A DNA stretch of 64,000 nucleotides from Nitrososphaerales archaeon (lineage in GTDB: Archaea > Thermoproteota > Nitrososphaeria > Nitrososphaerales > UBA213): NCBI GenBank assembly GCA_046759465.1, contig JBHICH010000004.1, positions 81-64,080 of the forward strand, in the 5' to 3' direction. The position numbers and the translations under genes are program-made. Shown in pieces: positions 8,291 to 17,671 of this stretch (position 1 is the stretch's first letter; each line of letters opens with the position of its first letter). The notes beneath the pieces were generated by a model. That model made no database searches, was not told the origin of the DNA, and was given only the letters and a program-made list of their open reading frames with translations.

Positions 8291-9438
8291 TCTTCCCTCA
8301 CTATATCCTTCAAACTCTTCAGGCAAACATTCACTTTGTTTGAACCGTTTAGATAATATGCTCCTTTGATGCTGTTTGTAATTATACTATCAAATTGATT
8401 TCTGTCTATCAATGGCGTTAAGCATGTGCAACAATCACACAATAATTCTCCTCCAGCTTTTTCTATTGTTTGTGTATGCCCCAACTTCCTTGCACTCTCG
8501 TAAGCAGCCCTTGCGCAAAATATCAGGCATCTTTTCTTGAACTTTTTACCTTCCACCATATTTGCCAGGGACGCTAGATCATCCACTCCTAGCTGTGGAC
8601 TACCAAGAGTAATCATATCGCCCTTCTCGCTAGAATTCAACTCCTCCATAACCTTTCTAGATTCTTCCTTTCCAAACTCGATTGTTTCTGTCTCGTTTTT
8701 GCTAAATGTGAACATCCCACATGAGCCAGAGGTTCCCATAGCTGCGGAAAGTGCCTTTGCACCTCTTTTACTGAGATCATCGATGCCAGAAAATGCAACA
8801 ACATCTTTTGCAACTTTGCCAGCGAAGTATCCTAACAAGCCGTAATCCAACTCGTTATCCAAACCATTTTTAACCTTGATGCATCTGCTTGGCTTTCTAA
8901 ACTCTTCAATTCTTAATTCGGAATAAGGTGTCTTGCCAGTTAAAGCACTTGCAAGTGCGCTCAACCCACTCTCTTTATTTGTCTTCAGACCGAGAACTGA
9001 ATTTGCATACACTGCAGCATTGCTTTCTGCAAAGCTGACATCACTTCCCTTGCTGGGTAGATCAAAGACTTCGTAAGGAATGCATGTGAAGGACTTGGTA
9101 ACACCAATTCGCTCGTAAGCGCTAACGATTCTGTTCTGCTTCCTGATAAAATCATCTTTGACATTAAGCGAGTTTACTTTGACAGGATCGAAACCCATCG
9201 GGTTGATTGTGGTCTTAACCACAACCTTGCCATCACTGCTTAACTTTTCAAGAAATTCAAGCCCAGAATCTCCGATAGTGTTGTAATTAACCCCAGAAAT
9301 ATGAGCCCACTTTATTGGCATCAGTTTCTCTGCCTCAGTAGCCTTGCCTATTGCGAGGAGGATTCGGTATGCAGTGGCTAATGCCTCTCCATACTCGCCA
9401 TTTAACGCCTTCTCTTCATCACTCGTTAGATGCAACAA
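8281..9438 (-). CDS. aconitase X large (DUF521-type) subunit; probable phosphomevalonate dehydratase large subunit
   Basis: 385 aa. N-terminal LTSDEEKALNGEYGEA...AYRILLAIG is typical of DUF521/AcnX and is paired with the DUF126 gene. In archaea this pair is the trans-anhydromevalonate-5-phosphate-forming dehydratase. Confidence 0.8.
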   Translation of the reverse strand: MLHLTSDEEKALNGEYGEALATAYRILLAIGKATEAEKLMPIKWAHISGVNYNTIGDSGLEFLEKLSSDGKVVVKTTINPMGFDPVKVNSLNVKDDFIRKQNRIVSAYERIGVTKSFTCIPYEVFDLPSKGSDVSFAESNAAVYANSVLGLKTNKESGLSALASALTGKTPYSELRIEEFRKPSRCIKVKNGLDNELDYGLLGYFAGKVAKDVVAFSGIDDLSKRGAKALSAAMGTSGSCGMFTFSKNETETIEFGKEESRKVMEELNSSEKGDMITLGSPQLGVDDLASLANMVEGKKFKKRCLIFCARAAYESARKLGHTQTIEKAGGELLCDCCTCLTPLIDRNQFDSIITNSIKGAYYLNGSNKVNVCLKSLKDIVREECK

Positions 9439-9477
9439 CCAAATTTCACCCGCTTACAATAATAATTTATCTAATGG

Positions 9478-10182
9478 ATGCAAAGGATAATAACAATCAT
9501 CAAGTTTTGTAGCATGGCAATGGAAATGCAGCAGATACTCCATTCAATGCTTGAAACGATACACAAGGTAAAGCCTGCTAGGCTGACTGCATTGAAGGAA
9601 CTGCAAGAGCAGGAGCATGGCGATCCATTGCGGATACTTATTGGCACAATACTTTCTGCTAGAACTAGAGATGAAAACTCAAAAGTAGCTGTAACCAATC
9701 TATTTGCAAGATACAAGACTGCAGAGCAGCTTGCAAATCACAATACAAAAGAGGTTGAAAAGCTGATCAAACCTGCAGGTTTCTATCGTGTTAAAGCAAA
9801 AAGGATCAAGGAGGTTGCAAAGATACTAGTCGAACAATACAACAGCAAGGTTCCTGATAGTATCGATGAACTGCTCAAGCTTCCAGGAGTGGGAAGAAAG
9901 ACAGCAAACTGTGTTCTAGTTTACGCATTTAACAAACCGGCAGTGCCAGTTGATACACATGTTCATAGAATTGCAAACAGACTGGCGCTTGTGGACACAA
10001 AGACACCAGAACAGACAGAGATGGAACTCACATCAAAGGTTGAACAAAAGTACTGGACAAGGATCAATGATACATTCGTTATGTTTGGGCAGAATATCTG
10101 CAAGCCAGTCGGACCTTTGTGCAGACCTTGCATGCTGAAGAGAAGGTGCAAGTATTACAAAGAGCTCAGGTCCTCTTCTTGA
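9478..10182 (+). CDS. nth: endonuclease III (DNA glycosylase/AP lyase)
   Basis: HhH-GPD motif LPGVGRKTANCVL, catalytic-region VDTHVHR, and a C-terminal Fe-S cluster loop CxxxxxxCxxCxxxxxC (CKPVGPLCRPCMLKRRC). The true start may be the ATG at 9514. Confidence 0.9.
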   Translation: MQRIITIIKFCSMAMEMQQILHSMLETIHKVKPARLTALKELQEQEHGDPLRILIGTILSARTRDENSKVAVTNLFARYKTAEQLANHNTKEVEKLIKPAGFYRVKAKRIKEVAKILVEQYNSKVPDSIDELLKLPGVGRKTANCVLVYAFNKPAVPVDTHVHRIANRLALVDTKTPEQTEMELTSKVEQKYWTRINDTFVMFGQNICKPVGPLCRPCMLKRRCKYYKELRSSS

Positions 10183-10837
10183 TGAGTAGCAGTGTTGCAA
10201 CTACTCCGATAGCAGCGACAGCAAGAACTGCAGGCATTATGAATATTGGATTATCAAGTGGGTTTCCGGATATGATATCAAATTCAATATTGCCGCCAAT
10301 TGTATTGGTAGCAGCATCAGACGAGTCCTTGCCATACACCTCAATTGTACCAAAGATAAATTCGCCGATCCTTAACCTATCCATAACATTTCTCTGCCCA
10401 TTGGTTACACTCAACCTTTCACTCTGCGTCAAAGTTACAGTTATGTCCTTGTCCTCGAACCACCCATTTTCATTTTGATAAGTCCTAAGATATCCTACGT
10501 CCTGATTGGCAATTGCTATCCAGAGTATTTTTGATGGAGCACCGAACATTGCAAATTCAACATACTTTTCACTCTCAGGTTCTTCTTTCAATCGCAAAAC
10601 AACTTTTGCATCTGGATTGTCTGAACTATACACAAGATTGTTGCGTATCGTTAAGATCCAGCTTGTTTGATGCTTTGATGCAAAGTTGTAATGAGCTGGG
10701 TTGAACCTATCTGCATTTGCTGCTGTATGTGGTATGGTCAATGTTTCAATCTTCCTTGTGCCTTCCTGAGCATAAGCTATATTTGCAGAGATTCCTAGTA
10801 GCAAGAAGCTAAACAAAATTAAAGCGATTAATTTCAT
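10166..10837 (-). CDS. exported protein with C-terminal TM anchor, unknown function
   Basis: 223 aa with an N-terminal signal peptide (MKLIALILFSFLLLGISANIAYA) and a C-terminal hydrophobic helix plus KKRT. Confidence 0.55.
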   Translation of the reverse strand: MKLIALILFSFLLLGISANIAYAQEGTRKIETLTIPHTAANADRFNPAHYNFASKHQTSWILTIRNNLVYSSDNPDAKVVLRLKEEPESEKYVEFAMFGAPSKILWIAIANQDVGYLRTYQNENGWFEDKDITVTLTQSERLSVTNGQRNVMDRLRIGEFIFGTIEVYGKDSSDAATNTIGGNIEFDIISGNPLDNPIFIMPAVLAVAAIGVVATLLLIKKRT

Positions 10838-10874
10838 CTGGAATCACATCAAATGGTAGTAATAAAAACCTAAT

Positions 10875-12044
10875 TTAAATTACAAATGGATCCTTCCAGT
10901 TCAATATCAGTTCGGCAATTTCAGGTCGCATTAAAAGTTCAGAAGGCCTCTCTCCGCTAGTTACCATCTTCCTCAACTTGGTCCCACTCAGCTCCAATCT
11001 ATGCTGCGCATCATGTGGACATGTTTTCTCGCTGACTGTGCCCATACATATTTTGCAGTAAAAGAATGCTGGGAAGAACACAGGTTTTATCTCGATATCT
11101 GGATAGTCTTTAAAGATCTCATGTGCAGCAAATGGATGGTAATAGTTCGCAACACCAGCATGATCCCTACCGAGTATGAAGTGAGAGCAACCAAAGTTCT
11201 TGCGCATGATTGCATGTAGAATGGCTTCCTTTGGCCCGGCATATAGCATTTCAGTGTGCAATGTTACAAACATCACGCTCTGCTTTGGATAGTAACCGTC
11301 GATCAGCGTTTCATACGCCTTGATTATAACTTCATCCTTGAAATCTCCACTCTTCTTTCTTCCTACCAATGGATTGATAAACAGGCCATCGAAAAAGTTC
11401 AGCGCAGATTTCTGCAGCATTTCATGGGCAAGATGGGGTATGTTTCTTGTTTGAAAACCAACTACTCTCTTCCATCCACGCTTTCTAAATTCATCTCTTG
11501 TGCGTGCTGGTGAAAGTCTGTGTCTCTTAAGCTCACTACCATCCACTCTGTCTATCAGATCAATTCTTCCTCCAACTAGAATGTCCTGCATATCCATTGT
11601 TTTAGCAACACCCGGATGTCTGGTATCATCTGTTTGATAAACTGCCTTGGACATCTCTCGCTTGTTAAACTTGAAAACATCTTCAACATGCATTATTGCA
11701 AACATCCGTCCGCTTTCATCTTTTATAGCAACATCATGCGAATCCTTCATCTGCTTTGAGGTCTGCTCATCAACATCCAGCACTTTTGGCACGGTCCATG
11801 CGATTCCATTCGCAAGCCTTCCGTGCTTGATCACATCTGCAAAATCATGGTCGAGCATGAAACCTTCTAATGGACTAAAGACGCCATCCACAATATTCTC
11901 TATATCGTTAACAAGATCCCTGTCTACTTTGACGCTCATCAACTCATTTGCATCATTGCGTGCTCTCTCAAGTGCATTTCCAGATAATACTCTATTTACT
12001 AACACACCACCATGAGGAGCAGGAATCCCACTGCTCTCACTCAA
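10875..12044 (-). CDS. sat: sulfate adenylyltransferase (ATP sulfurylase)
   Basis: 389 aa with the QTRNIPHLAHE (QxRNPxHxxH) and GRDHAGV motifs. Confidence 0.9.
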   Translation of the reverse strand: MSESSGIPAPHGGVLVNRVLSGNALERARNDANELMSVKVDRDLVNDIENIVDGVFSPLEGFMLDHDFADVIKHGRLANGIAWTVPKVLDVDEQTSKQMKDSHDVAIKDESGRMFAIMHVEDVFKFNKREMSKAVYQTDDTRHPGVAKTMDMQDILVGGRIDLIDRVDGSELKRHRLSPARTRDEFRKRGWKRVVGFQTRNIPHLAHEMLQKSALNFFDGLFINPLVGRKKSGDFKDEVIIKAYETLIDGYYPKQSVMFVTLHTEMLYAGPKEAILHAIMRKNFGCSHFILGRDHAGVANYYHPFAAHEIFKDYPDIEIKPVFFPAFFYCKICMGTVSEKTCPHDAQHRLELSGTKLRKMVTSGERPSELLMRPEIAELILNWKDPFVI

Positions 12045-12050
12045 AACAGA

Positions 12051-12782
12051 TCACTTTTTCTTCAGAGGGCTAAAGTGCAGTCCACATTCCTTACGGGCGT
12101 CTTGCTCCCACCACCATCTTCCGGCTCTAGGATCTTCACCAGGCTTCACTGCTCTCGTGCAACATTCACATCCAATACTTGGATATCCTTTGTCGTGCAA
12201 CTTGTTGTACGGCACATCATTTTTCCTGATATAATCCCATACCATTTCCCAAGTCCAATCAGCAATAGGATTCAGTTTTATGATGTTGCTATGCCCAGCA
12301 TCGATCTCTACCTTCTTTGTGCTTGCTCTTGTAGATACCTGGTCTCTTCTCAAACCAGTTATCCATGCATCTAAATTGCTCAAAGCTCTATTCAAGGGAT
12401 GGACCTTCCTTATTTCACAGCACAACTTTCTGTTTTCAACGCTGTGATAGAAAAGGTTCAACCCGCGCTCTCTAACCATATCCTCAACTTCGTTCTGGTC
12501 AGGGAAGTAGATATCAATCCCAATACCATACTTGTCACGTATAGCATCCATCACATCATACGTCTCTTGGTTCAACCTTCCAGTGTCCAGAGTGATGACT
12601 TTTGCGCCTTTTCTAAGCTTTGCCAGCATATCAATTATTACAACATCTTCAGCACCAAAGCTGGAAGCTAGTGCTACTCTTGGGTGGAACGCATCGAGTG
12701 CCCACCGCAGAACCTCCTCTGCACTCTTACCCTCCATCCCGTCGGAAATCTTCTGCACTTCTTCTGCACTTATCCTGAGCAC
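12051..12782 (-). CDS. cysH: assimilatory adenylylsulfate (APS) reductase, Fe-S type CysH family
   Basis: C-terminal catalytic ECGLH is present, together with the CC (KLCCEIRK) and CxxC (GCECCT) pairs that distinguish Fe-S APS reductases from PAPS reductases. Confidence 0.85.
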   Translation of the reverse strand: MLRISAEEVQKISDGMEGKSAEEVLRWALDAFHPRVALASSFGAEDVVIIDMLAKLRKGAKVITLDTGRLNQETYDVMDAIRDKYGIGIDIYFPDQNEVEDMVRERGLNLFYHSVENRKLCCEIRKVHPLNRALSNLDAWITGLRRDQVSTRASTKKVEIDAGHSNIIKLNPIADWTWEMVWDYIRKNDVPYNKLHDKGYPSIGCECCTRAVKPGEDPRAGRWWWEQDARKECGLHFSPLKKK

Positions 12783-12835
12783 GCTAGTCTCAACTCCAAG
12801 TAGTCTTATAATTATTGCCCCCGAAATAAATGTGA

Positions 12836-13120
12836 TTAGCGCTCAAGTCCATCGATCTTCTGTGCAAGTCCAAAGTCAAGTTCGGTTATTCCTCCCTCAT
12901 CATGAGTTGTCACACTTACTATCATCCTATTGTAGTCCTTGATAGTAACATCAGGATGGTGCTCCATCTCCTCTGCTATAGGCACAATCTTGTTCAGGAA
13001 GTTCACAGTCTCAACGAAGTCCTTGAACCTGAACTCCTTCTTTATTCCATTGTTCTCAACAACCCAGCCATTCAACTGCTTGATTCTCTCCTCTATCTCA
13101 TCATTACTTAACCTCGTCAT
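12836..13120 (-). CDS. pterin-4-alpha-carbinolamine dehydratase
   Basis: 94 aa with the DCoH/PCD signature F.DF......FLN.I...AE...HHPD. Confidence 0.9.
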   Translation of the reverse strand: MTRLSNDEIEERIKQLNGWVVENNGIKKEFRFKDFVETVNFLNKIVPIAEEMEHHPDVTIKDYNRMIVSVTTHDEGGITELDFGLAQKIDGLER

Positions 13121-13215
13121 AACTCTAATCAGAATTTTCAGATATTTATCTAGTTCTACTTCAACCAGTCCACGAGAGTAGATGCAAACAGAAACTTATA
13201 TCCGAATTTTTATAA

Positions 13216-14502
13216 TTAAGGATAAACCCTTGTTATCGTTCTAGGAAATAATGATGTTGCTCGAACGTGTTTTAAATTACATATCCATCTAACAGATCTT
13301 TCGACTCCGATTCCAAAACCTGCATGTGGAGGCATACCATACTTACGAAGATCGACATACCACTGGAATGACTCTGTTGGCAGTTCTTGTTTCTCTAACC
13401 GTTCAACAAGTGTGTTATAATCCTGTATCCTCTGTCCACCAGTTGCAATTTCACCAAAACCATCTGGAGCAATCAGGTCTGCTGACAAGGTTACTTTGTC
13501 ATTATCAGGCTTTGTCATATGGTAGAAACTTCTGGCGCTAAGCGGATAGTCCGTTATAAAGAACGGTTTATCGAACATTTTGGATACTAACCTTTCTGCT
13601 TCAGTCGGTATATCCTCTCCCCATTGGAAATTAATCCCATTCTTACTTGCTACTTCTCTGACCTCGTCGTACACAACCCTTGGAAATGGTTTTTCTGGAA
13701 CGGCGAATTTTCTACCTAGAATTTCCAGCTCCTTGCTTCTCTTCTCAACTACTCTGCTGCAAATATAGTTAACTAACTCTTCCTGCAATTTCAAATTGTC
13801 TGCCTGCTCGTTGAACGCAACCTCGGCTTCAATCATAAGAAATTCTGTTAGGTGCTTTGCTGTCTTGGACTTTTCGGCCCTGAAGGCTGGCTGCATTACG
13901 AATACCTTGCCAAAAGCACAGATAGCAGCCTCTTCGTAGAGCTGCGCGCTTTGTGTGAGCGATGCTTTCTTGCCAAAGTAATCAATGTTAAAGAGTGTTG
14001 CTCCGCCCTCAACAGCTGATTGCACTACTGAAGGCGCATTGATGTATACAAAGTCCTGCTCAATAAAGAAATCAAATGCCGCCTTTATAAATTCAGATCT
14101 TATCTTCATTACAGAACTGCTCTTTTTACCTCTGATGGAAAGATGTCGATTGTCGTAAAGAAATGCCGATGACTTGACTGCACTCTTTGTTATTGGCCAT
14201 TTATCAGCTTGCGCGATAACTTCAAATTCCTTTACAATAACTTCTTTACCTCCAGGTGCTCGTGCGTCATCGTGCAGCTGACCATTTATTCTAACAGCAG
14301 ATTCTATTGTGATATCTTTCATTTTATTCAAGAAAGTTTCATCGGTGGCACCCTTCCTACCAACAACTTGCATGTAGCCAGAACCATCACGTACAACTAA
14401 AAATAACAGTCCTCCCACTGTGCTCTTTGCAACTACCCAGCACTTAAGCTCTGCAACGCTACCCTGTACAAGAGTTAGAGCTTCTCGAATGCTCTGGCTC
14501 AA
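13216..14502 (-). CDS. asnS: asparaginyl-tRNA synthetase (class IIb; Asp/Asn subfamily)
   Basis: 428 aa with an OB-fold N-terminus, motif 2 FRAEKSKTAKHLTEFLMIE, motif 3 GFGIGVER and the ending FPR....VYP. The FRAE.S.T..HL.EF pattern favours AsnRS over AspRS, but this is not decisive without a tree. Confidence 0.75.
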   Translation of the reverse strand: MSQSIREALTLVQGSVAELKCWVVAKSTVGGLLFLVVRDGSGYMQVVGRKGATDETFLNKMKDITIESAVRINGQLHDDARAPGGKEVIVKEFEVIAQADKWPITKSAVKSSAFLYDNRHLSIRGKKSSSVMKIRSEFIKAAFDFFIEQDFVYINAPSVVQSAVEGGATLFNIDYFGKKASLTQSAQLYEEAAICAFGKVFVMQPAFRAEKSKTAKHLTEFLMIEAEVAFNEQADNLKLQEELVNYICSRVVEKRSKELEILGRKFAVPEKPFPRVVYDEVREVASKNGINFQWGEDIPTEAERLVSKMFDKPFFITDYPLSARSFYHMTKPDNDKVTLSADLIAPDGFGEIATGGQRIQDYNTLVERLEKQELPTESFQWYVDLRKYGMPPHAGFGIGVERSVRWICNLKHVRATSLFPRTITRVYP

Positions 14503-14605
14503 TTTCCAAATTCTATTTCAAATATCCCATTATAAGGTTGTAATGCTATAACCTGGGAAACATTAGATTTAATCCTAGGTGAATGTGTAATATAGATAGG
14601 ACAAA

Positions 14606-15862
14606 TTGGACAAGAAATATTATTCATTTGCATTAGCCAGTATATTGGTCACTAGCTTAGCAGCTACAACGCCAGTTTCTGCACAGGATACCTGGTTCCC
14701 TGGCGAGGGCATTACCAAGGGTTTGATGGTAAAGTATCGCATCTCATACGTAGATTTAAACAATGCAACTCCGTTTATTGCTACTTTATGGTTTAAGGAT
14801 CAGAATGACAAAGGGGATTGGGTAACAGACGTTATAATTAAAGATGGCACTAAAGTCCTTAAAGAGGAAATGATCTTCTCTGGATTTTCCTTGACACCTT
14901 TAGGTGCCGCGGAGTCGGAGGAGATGAGACGTTACAAAAGTGCAATAAAAGAAACTTTGTCATGGCTGAGTGGATATTCAAACAAAATAGAGCAAGAGTC
15001 ACTTAGTACTGGCGCAATATGGGGTGTGATAGCTGCCATTGGTGGGGGTGGCATACAGGTTAAGGTTTTTGGAACTGACAAAGTTCAGGTCCCAGCAGGT
15101 CAATATGATACTTACATAATTGGATTTCACTATGCGGTTGATAGCATGACATGGGTAGTGGATAATTTTCCAATACCAGTAAAGGCTCGTATATTTACCA
15201 TATACGGAGAACATCCAATACCAGTCCAATTTGAATACGAACTTCTGGAGTCAGCAGTAGTTGAAGAGTTGCCTGAAATTGCAACTACTGCTGGGAAAAT
15301 AACTCCACCTTTGACTGGTTCAACAACTAGTGGATTTTATGTCGTAAAAATATCATGGAAGCCTGAAGAGATAAGACCAAACGAAATAATCACATTTGAT
15401 CTTTTGATCACCGATAAACTCACAAATGAACCAGTAAAAGACTTGTGGTATGATTTCCGTATAGTGAAAGGGGGAGAACTTGTAAAGCTCGTATCTAGGG
15501 CTTTTACTGAGAGTGGAGAAGGTTCTCATACTGTCGAATTCTCGTCACCTGGCACATTTCGTGTTATCGTTAATGTGCTAGGAGTAGGGAAAACTTTTGG
15601 CCAAATAGAAATTGATAGAACTGAATTCTCCTTATCAGTAATACCTGAATTCCCAGTTAACATTGCTATAGTTATGATGGCAGTAATTGCTATTATGCTT
15701 GCAATGACTAGGATTTATAATTCAGGTTGGTTAGGCAAAAAATCAACCCAGCAGCAATTAAAGAATGGGCATATGAAGATATCAAATTTATATGATTATG
15801 GCTATAGTCATACTGATGCTATGCACTTCTGGCCAACCCTTCACCTTTTCAGACAGCAATAA
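14606..15862 (+). CDS. exported protein with PEFG-like motif plus TM helix near C-terminus
   Basis: 418 aa with a TTG start and signal peptide (...TTPVSAQD). The late segment IPEFPVNIAIVMMAVIAIMLAMTR resembles the thaumarchaeal PEFG-CTERM sorting signal, followed by a further ~47 aa tail. Confidence 0.55.
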   Translation: MDKKYYSFALASILVTSLAATTPVSAQDTWFPGEGITKGLMVKYRISYVDLNNATPFIATLWFKDQNDKGDWVTDVIIKDGTKVLKEEMIFSGFSLTPLGAAESEEMRRYKSAIKETLSWLSGYSNKIEQESLSTGAIWGVIAAIGGGGIQVKVFGTDKVQVPAGQYDTYIIGFHYAVDSMTWVVDNFPIPVKARIFTIYGEHPIPVQFEYELLESAVVEELPEIATTAGKITPPLTGSTTSGFYVVKISWKPEEIRPNEIITFDLLITDKLTNEPVKDLWYDFRIVKGGELVKLVSRAFTESGEGSHTVEFSSPGTFRVIVNVLGVGKTFGQIEIDRTEFSLSVIPEFPVNIAIVMMAVIAIMLAMTRIYNSGWLGKKSTQQQLKNGHMKISNLYDYGYSHTDAMHFWPTLHLFRQQ

Positions 15863-15901
15863 ATTTAATCACTTCTTTGCTTATTATTCTGGTGCTAGAA
15901 G

Positions 15902-16336
15902 ATGAAGATAGCTAAGGCTCCTCTGGAAAGCAGATTAGAAATCTTGGTTAGGCCTTGGTTAAAAAGTCATTTTGGTTTAGAGTTTCTGAAAAGAAATTTA
16001 CCATTTGAGTCTGAACGTCGGAAGGATTACACAATAGATCTTTATGGCTATAGAAGGGAGGGATGGAAGAGTAGTCCGCACTTCTTTGCTATTAATTGCA
16101 TCCCACGTAAAGTCACGAAAAGAGATTTCATTAATCTCGATAAAGCGTTAGTAGCCATTTACTATGCAACGATCCAAGGCTACCAAGATTGGTGTGTTGA
16201 CTACGCTATGATAATAAGCAATATCGGTTTTACTGATAAGGGAGTCCAATTGGCCAACAAGAAAGGTTTTGGTGCATATCTCAAGACCACATCGACATTT
16301 AAGGAACTATCTGTACCTACACAGCTATATTATTGA
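15902..16336 (+). CDS. restriction-endonuclease-fold (Mrr_cat-like) domain protein
   Basis: 144 aa. The order of elements (LE..., TIDLYGY, FFAINCIPRK, MIISNIGFTDKGVQLA) resembles the Mrr catalytic domain, but the (E/Q)xK motif is not canonical. Confidence 0.45.
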   Translation: MKIAKAPLESRLEILVRPWLKSHFGLEFLKRNLPFESERRKDYTIDLYGYRREGWKSSPHFFAINCIPRKVTKRDFINLDKALVAIYYATIQGYQDWCVDYAMIISNIGFTDKGVQLANKKGFGAYLKTTSTFKELSVPTQLYY

Positions 16337-16365
16337 ACTATACCAAAATACAGATTACCAAACCT

Positions 16366-16812
16366 TCAATGGTGAACGCCACTAGTGCATTTACACTTGA
16401 GTATTCGAAATTGACCCTGCGTTCCTCCTCCTATATTCACTATTCCACAATCACCTCTCTTGCATTTGCCTTCACATTTAACCACTAACTCGCCTTCATC
16501 TTCATATAGCTTATACACCAGATTGCATTCCTTAGGTCTTTGTTTAGGATCATACTTGTGTGCAGCTATTAGATGAACTGCACTAGAAACTTTAATTGCA
16601 CCTTTCGGTGAATCCTCTGGAAAACCATCTTCATCAATTCTATGGCACTTGCATTCGATATGATACTCTTTTCCGTTTACCGGGATAGCTAAAAGCAAAC
16701 AACCGCTGCCTTCGGGACATGCATCTATATTCTGGCAAGTTATCCTTGTTATTGATTTATTACCTTCCTCTTTCGTTTCTATTTGTAATTTACACATCGA
16801 ATTTAGAATCAT
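16366..16812 (-). CDS. cysteine-rich protein, internally duplicated, unknown function
   Basis: 148 aa with 13 Cys. Two halves each show C-x(3-5)-C-x(4-5)-C-x(15-17)-CxC (..ECKCH.. and ..LKCKCT..). No signal peptide is present. Confidence 0.5.
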   Translation of the reverse strand: MILNSMCKLQIETKEEGNKSITRITCQNIDACPEGSGCLLLAIPVNGKEYHIECKCHRIDEDGFPEDSPKGAIKVSSAVHLIAAHKYDPKQRPKECNLVYKLYEDEGELVVKCEGKCKRGDCGIVNIGGGTQGQFRILKCKCTSGVHH

Positions 16813-16867
16813 TATGATTCTACTTAAGCTTTCAGATAGTATGTTATTGTCAATTCTATTTTGCAGG

Positions 16868-17269
16868 TCAGATATCTATTGGCTGGGCAAAAGAAAGTTC
16901 ATAACCGTCTGGATCGTTAATATGGAAGAATCTTTCGCCCCAATACGCATTCTTTGGTTCCTTGACCTTAAACCCTTTATTCCTCAAGCATTCAAATAAT
17001 TCATCAACATTATCGACATGAAATATTATCCTTCCCCAGTCTTTAGAAGACGAACTTCCGGCTTCAAGGTTAAGAAAAGTACCGCCAACATCAAAAGAGG
17101 TGAAAGTTGCATCACTACCTCCATAAAGCATTCTTAAGCCAAGCATGTTTGAATAAAAGTCCACAGATTTTCCCATATCCTTTACTACTAGTGTTATGCC
17201 AGATATTCTTCTTACACTCATAGAACTAATAACATGATGGTAATTTATAACAATAAATGAAGTCTTCAA
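16868..17269 (-). CDS. VOC-family (glyoxalase/bleomycin-resistance) protein
   Basis: ITLVVKDMGKSVDFY...LG......HV.NVDE....L...G........YWGERFFHINDPDGYELSF. The start is more likely the ATG at 17221 (MSVRRISG...). Confidence 0.75.
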   Translation of the reverse strand: MKTSFIVINYHHVISSMSVRRISGITLVVKDMGKSVDFYSNMLGLRMLYGGSDATFTSFDVGGTFLNLEAGSSSSKDWGRIIFHVDNVDELFECLRNKGFKVKEPKNAYWGERFFHINDPDGYELSFAQPIDI

Positions 17270-17316
17270 TAATGCAACCTGACAAAAACGGAATCGTCAG
17301 CTTAGATTATGAAAAA

Positions 17317-17529
17317 CTAAAACTGTACCTTTTTACTCGTTGATCCACATTTAGGACATTGCGTACCTCTAAATGTATTACCACAATTTATGCAAACATA
17401 GGTAAAGCCAGATTCCGGCTTTGTAGCATAAGCAACTCTTTTTCTTATTATCAGATATAGGATAATTATCGCGATACTTATTCCTACGACCAGAAACAAT
17501 ATTGGCATTAAATTAGATATAATTTTCAA
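17317..17529 (-). CDS. small membrane-anchored zinc-ribbon protein
   Basis: 70 aa with an N-terminal TM helix followed by CINCG...CPKCG. Confidence 0.6.
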   Translation of the reverse strand: MKIISNLMPILFLVVGISIAIIILYLIIRKRVAYATKPESGFTYVCINCGNTFRGTQCPKCGSTSKKVQF

Positions 17530-17671
17530 AGTTTATTAATCTTCAGTATTGCAAAGAGAGCATTACAAACAACTACTATGAAATGCAAACTCGACTCAGC
17601 CTTCTTAAAATTTTTGTATTTTATTTGATAAGGTTATAAATGGAATTCTGTTTAACATGTGACAGATTGAA

